A stretch of DNA of 64,000 nt, from the NCBI RefSeq assembly GCF_000143415.4, contig NW_003314308.1:1282654-1346653 (forward strand). Reading direction: 5' to 3'. The DNA is from Selaginella moellendorffii (taxonomy: Eukaryota > Plantae > Lycopodiophyta). The notes beneath the pieces are model-generated. The model made no database searches, was not told where the DNA came from, and was given only the letters and a program-made list of their open reading frames with translations. The translations under genes and the position numbers were made by a program. Of this stretch, positions 59,251 to 64,000 are shown in pieces. Position 1 is the stretch's first letter; each line of letters starts with the position of its first letter.

Positions 59251-60670
59251 TTAGTCGTCGCTGTCGTCTTCACTGTCTGCATTGCACGTGAATAGCAGTT
59301 AGAATCTCTTCACTTCCACTTTCTATGCAAGCGAGAGAGAGAGAGAGAGAGAGAGGAAAAAAGAGATTTTGAGTGCTAGTTTACCTGATCTTACATCCTT
59401 TTCGATCTTTCCCTTGTCCTCAATTTGCTTGAGAAGGACCCTCACGATCAGGATCCACCAGTAGATGTGCATTACCAAGAGCGTGATCAAAAAGGTGTTG
59501 AATCCATAGTACATGACCGGGCCGTAAGCTTTGTGTGCACTCTTATCCAAGGTGTGGACAATCTCGCGGCTACAGGAGAGCGTTGTTTTCAATTGTCATT
59601 AAAAGATTGGAAACCTTGCGGCGTCCCACGTACCAGGTGCTCCAGATGATCCAGAAAGGGAAGTAAATCAGTCGAAGCAACACCCAGGCGATCGCAAACA
59701 TGACGAAGAAAACACTGGAGAAGATGTCCGAGCCAGCATACCTCGACATCTTTGCCATCTCTAGAAAAATGTCGCTTGCATCGTGTAGCGCGAGCACCAT
59801 GGAGCCAACTCGAGCAAATCTGGCGAAAGACAAAGCGATCGATACGGGATGGGTTTGGAGAAGAAAAATAAAAACGAACGAAATCGAAGCCTCTACCTGA
59901 TGGGATAGGAACCAGCAATGAGCAAGAAAGTTACGACGTGGTGTGTCATGCTAACACCGAAATCTTTGCGTCGGGTTTCCCAGAACACGAGAGCCAGCAT
60001 ACTGTAGATGTAGAATCCCGCGGAGAAAGTGTAGAGGAGCTTGAGCTTGAGCCTGGCAGGGGTTGATCTCTAGGCGATCAAGTAATTGCTTCGAGAGTGA
60101 AACGTGCTTACTTGATCTTCTGGTCGGGCCAGACTTGATCTCCCGGCCCGATCCAAAAGTACTTCGTGTTGTGGAACCACGGCTCCCTGTACGTGATGAG
60201 CAACGCAAACAAATCCGCGGACGTGAAGTAGACCGCCTTCCATGCCGACTCTTTGAACTTGATCAAAGTCTTGGCAAACTGTTGATCATCGCCTTTGGAT
60301 CGAGCGATGAATCGCCTCCCAAGAACCTGGAACACGAAAGCAAAGATTATGCTGGCAGTCGAGCGCGTAATGAATGAAAGAGTGACTGGATTGGAATGAG
60401 GACAGGGCGCTCACGAGTGCGCATTGAATGCACCATTCCAGCCAATCAAAGCTCGAGTTTGAGAGATAAATAGCGAGAGATTTGCCGAGAAAAGGATGGA
60501 GATGGAGGAAGCAAGAGAGATTTGGCGCTTACCTCGAATACAAAGCGGTCTAGCACGAAGCGCACTGCTGGGAAGAAGAGGCCAAAGAGTGGAACCATTG
60601 CCAAATCTGTGAGCTTGGGATAGCTCTCCACTTCCCACCCGGGCCACCTCCACACGCCTGCCATTGCCAT
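59251..60670 (-). CDS. LAG1: LAG1-homologue ceramide synthase (LOH/ASC1 family), multi-exon
   Basis: WEVESYP; [11 protein letters not shown]; [11 protein letters not shown]; WPDQKIKLKLK; [16 protein letters not shown]; [13 protein letters not shown]; HIYWW; [12 protein letters not shown]. Confidence 0.96.
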
Positions 60671-61022
60671 GGCAAACCCTAGCGAGCTCTACAAGAATTT
60701 GAGCTCCAAGGAGCTCAAATCCTCCAAACGTAGCTCTCTTTGTTCGATTGATCGTCCAATTCCTCGAAATCTAGCTCCTCGAGATCTAGCCTATTGCGCT
60801 CGTCTGGATCTACCAGACAAGGAAGAAGTCAATCATTTGCGCTATTTGCGCGAAGCAAAGGTTTTGACTTCTTCCAAACTCTCAGCTGTTCTTCCAGTGT
60901 GGGTGGCAATTCCAGTACAATTCGATCGAGAGAGTGGCACTCATTGGAATTTGGAATGCGCGAGCAATGAATGAAGAAAGAGATGGCTAGGGCTACTTAG
61001 GGCTCTTCGCATTCTTTCGAGA

Positions 61023-63560
61023 ATGTGGCAGGGGCTATGGCGGAGTCGAGGTTTGTAGTCTCTCTTTCTCTCTGTTTCGTGGATGATTTGTTTGTTTTCT
61101 CAGCTGGATCGCGCCGCGCATTCAGCACCACAGCGCGGAAGATCCTTCTCGAGCTCACCGATATGACGTAAGTGATTTTTTGGAGTTCTTGCGAGGAAAG
61201 GAATGATAAGAGTGTGTGGCAGTGTTCCTCACACTTGGTATCCTTACGCGCGGACAATGAGGAGGCGGATCATTCTCTACGTTGGCCCGACCAACAGCGG
61301 CAAAACCTTCACTGCCTTGCAAAGTCTCCAGCGAGCTTCATCAGGTTTGCTTCTTCTTCCAAAGGAAAAAAAACTCATACACTCGAAGAGGAAGAAAGAA
61401 CTGTTTTCTTTCTTGCGTTACCTAATGCTTCGTTTCTCTCATCCAGGAATTTACTGCGGTCCCTTGCGTCTCCTCGCCTGGGAAGTGGCAGAGAAGCTCA
61501 ACTCTCACAATGTACCGTGCAGTCTTCTCACTGGACAGGAGCGCAACGAGATCGAGGGAGCACAGCACAAAGCGATGACTGTCGAGATGGCGGACATCAC
61601 TCGCGAGTACGAGTGTGCCGTCATTGACGAAATCCAGGCAAGAACAAGAGTTTTTCTCGTTTTATTTTCTCATGTTTGCCTTCTTTGTTGATTTTCTCAG
61701 ATGATAGGATGCTCCAAAAGAGGATACGCTTTCACTCGGGCTTTGTTTGGTCTCGCTGCCAAAGAGATACACTTGTGTGGAGATCCGTGTGTAGTGACTC
61801 TTATTCAGAACCTGCTGGAACGTACTCAGGACACACTTGAGGTATCATTCGATCCTTCAATGGATGGTTTCCTAAACTTTCTTCCCAGGTCAGGTGCTAC
61901 ACCCGCTTGTCTCCGCTTGTACCTCTTAAAGAACCGCTACGTGATATTAGACGAATTCGGGGCGGGGATTGCATTGTAAGCTTCTCGCGTGACGAGATAC
62001 ACACCTACAAGGTAATATATACATCGCATTTGGTTCGTAAGTCGATAGTCGTTTTCTATTTCATTTCAGCGAGACATTGAGAAATTGCATCCGGCAATCA
62101 ACTGCTCAGTCGTGTATGGATCTCTTCCACCAGAGACTCGCACCAAGCAGGTAATGCTTTCATGGTTTTATACGAACGAGCACAAGTTCTTCCTTTCTTT
62201 TTTGTTTTTTTCTGCTCTGTGCTTGAAAAACGGTTCTGTACTTCTCGGCTTTCAGTGTGCAGGCTGAACGATTCAACAAGGCCGACGAGGACTTTAGTAT
62301 ACTTGTCGCCAGCGACGCGATCGGGATGGGTCTAAATCTTAACATCCAGCGCATCATCTTCACGAAGCTGGACAAGTTCGATGGCATCGCTCGCTGCTAC
62401 CTCAGTGTCATGCAAGTGAAGCAAATAGCAGGTTTGAATGGTGTCACATTCGTCAAACGACTTCATGCCTATCACTTGTGTGACAGGTCGAGCTGGAAGA
62501 TTCAAGTCCAAATATCCTGTAGGCGAGGTAACATGTCTGAAAGGTTCTGATATAGCTCACCTGCATCGAGCACTTGCAACACCAACACCTGCTGTAGTGG
62601 TAATGAACTGTTGGTTGGATTTCCTATTTTTCTTTTGTTATTTCAGGCAGCAGGAGTTTTCCCAACTTTTGATCAAATAGGCCTGTACTGCACCTTTTAT
62701 CCGAACTTCCCATTTTCGGCTATACTGGTGTGCTCATGTTTTCCGCTTGATTCGCTTTCTAACTTGTAAACCTTTGCAGGAAAAGTTCATTGCTACCGTG
62801 ACTTTGTCTTCAATGTTCTTTCTGTGTGACTCTTCAAATCTCTTGGCGATAGCCAGGATGCTTGACGACATTCCACTGCCCATGGATTCCCGTTTCCTTT
62901 TCTGTACATGGTAACACTCGTGGTTTTGTTGCCTTTAACTCGATACAATGGTTGCGTTTGTGCAGCCCCGTGGACAAAGATAACCGTATAATCATGGGAG
63001 CTTTACTCGAGGTATAGTTGTTCCACAATATCGTATGTTTGTTTTCTAGCAATGTTTTATGTTTTTCATAGTTTGCTAGGAACTATGCGGTCAATAGGAA
63101 TGTGCCACTGAAGAGGCTTCTAACACCTGCGACAATGCGAGTCCCAAGCACACAAAAGGATCTAGCGGAACTGGAGTCCCTACACAAGGTTCGCTTGTCT
63201 GGCTTTGTAAGCTGTTTAACTTGCGTTGTGTGAGCTCCAGGTTCTTGATATGTATATTTGGCTCAGCTATCGACTAGAGGATGCCTTCGTGGATCGTGAG
63301 TCTGCCATCACACAGAAACACCTGTGCAGCACGTAAGATCTCTTTTTCATCTTGCCTTCCAACTGATCTGTGTCCGCTCCAGATTGATCGAGCAGGCACT
63401 AAACTACTGGAACACGGAGCTGTCGAGCCGTAAGGCTGCCAAGCGTGAACTGATCCAGAATCTAATCGAGGAGGGGCGTTTACCAGAGGATGAAACGCCT
63501 GGAGCTCAGCGCGCGAGTATGTACAACCTCAACATGGACAGGGAAGTGAGGATAAGTTGA
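61023..63560 (+). CDS. SUV3: Mitochondrial SUV3-like DExH RNA helicase, multi-exon
   Basis: Presequence-like MWQGLWRSRAGSRRAFSTT; PHTWYP; VGPTNSGKT; YCGPLRLLAWEV; IDEIQM; VYGSLPPETR; ASDAIGMGLNLNI; QIAGRAGR; VLDMYIWLSYR. Confidence 0.95.
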
Positions 63561-64000
63561 GCAAGCTGGATCAAAGGCGGACAAGATGAACAGAATCCGA
63601 GGAGTGTCCCTGGATAAAATGTGGTAGAATGCGCTTAAGCTGTTTGCAAGGAGGGGGGCGAGAAAGGGATTCGACAATGCAATGGGCTGACAAGGGAGAG
63701 GTGGTGGAGTTGCTGGGACGCAGCCAAGATGGTGCGGCATGACTTTTTTAAGATGGTCTTTTTCCATGTTTTATTTGCATAATTAAGTTTTTAGTTAATT
63801 ATTTATAGTTATTCATAAAATATTTTTATTGATCTTATTTTTATTAATATATAGATATTTTTAGAATATATATATCACGAATATTTAATAAATTACTAAA
63901 TATTTATAAATAAAAAATAAACCCTTTAAGCAAAAATTTAATGTTTATTTTATTTTTCCAAATAACTATTATTAAATGTGTCAAACATATTGTGATACAA

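Noticed and set aside
1-64000. CRISPR array, rRNA, prophage or intact transposase/recombinase
   Set aside because: No repeat-spacer array, rRNA-like sequence or intact mobile-element ORF was seen; the DNA is spliceosomal-intron-rich and eukaryotic.

Overview
Compact, intron-rich land-plant nuclear DNA. Introns are mostly 45-100 nt, intergenic gaps are often under 300 bp, and the PPR genes are built mainly from 31-aa motifs. Together these point to a lycophyte, most likely Selaginella moellendorffii (inference, not a database result). The left arm (1-28.3 kb) carries an 8-Cys LTP-like gene, a complete 27-exon ERECTA-family LRR receptor kinase, TOM6 (too short for the ORF track), a decayed kinase-like gene, an ACT-domain STY kinase, a PLS-E PPR, an orphan repeat protein, a RAD6-class UBC, a PMEI-PME, an L18a-like small membrane protein, actin capping protein alpha and tRNA-Leu(CAG). 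The middle block (28.3-41.9 kb) is an AT-rich island of decayed Ty3/gypsy and Ty1/copia pieces, one intact PPR and fused gene fragments. The right arm (41.9-64 kb) carries GlyRS, SRT1, ELM1, ABCF1, two tandem PMEI-PMEs, an F-box relic, LAG1 ceramide synthase and SUV3 helicase. Main observations: (1) the 13.6-kb island is bracketed by a 22/23-nt direct repeat of the tRNA-Leu 3' end, which resembles a tRNA-targeted integration and leaves a B-box at each border; (2) two same-strand gene pairs are packed tightly enough (23 nt; 45-154 nt) to be candidate bicistronic transcripts; (3) five genes need GC-AG introns; (4) a multi-exon, ORF-less spliced unit runs into the LTP gene in antisense. Gene models and coordinates were read by eye. 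Multi-exon CDS are given start-to-stop including introns.
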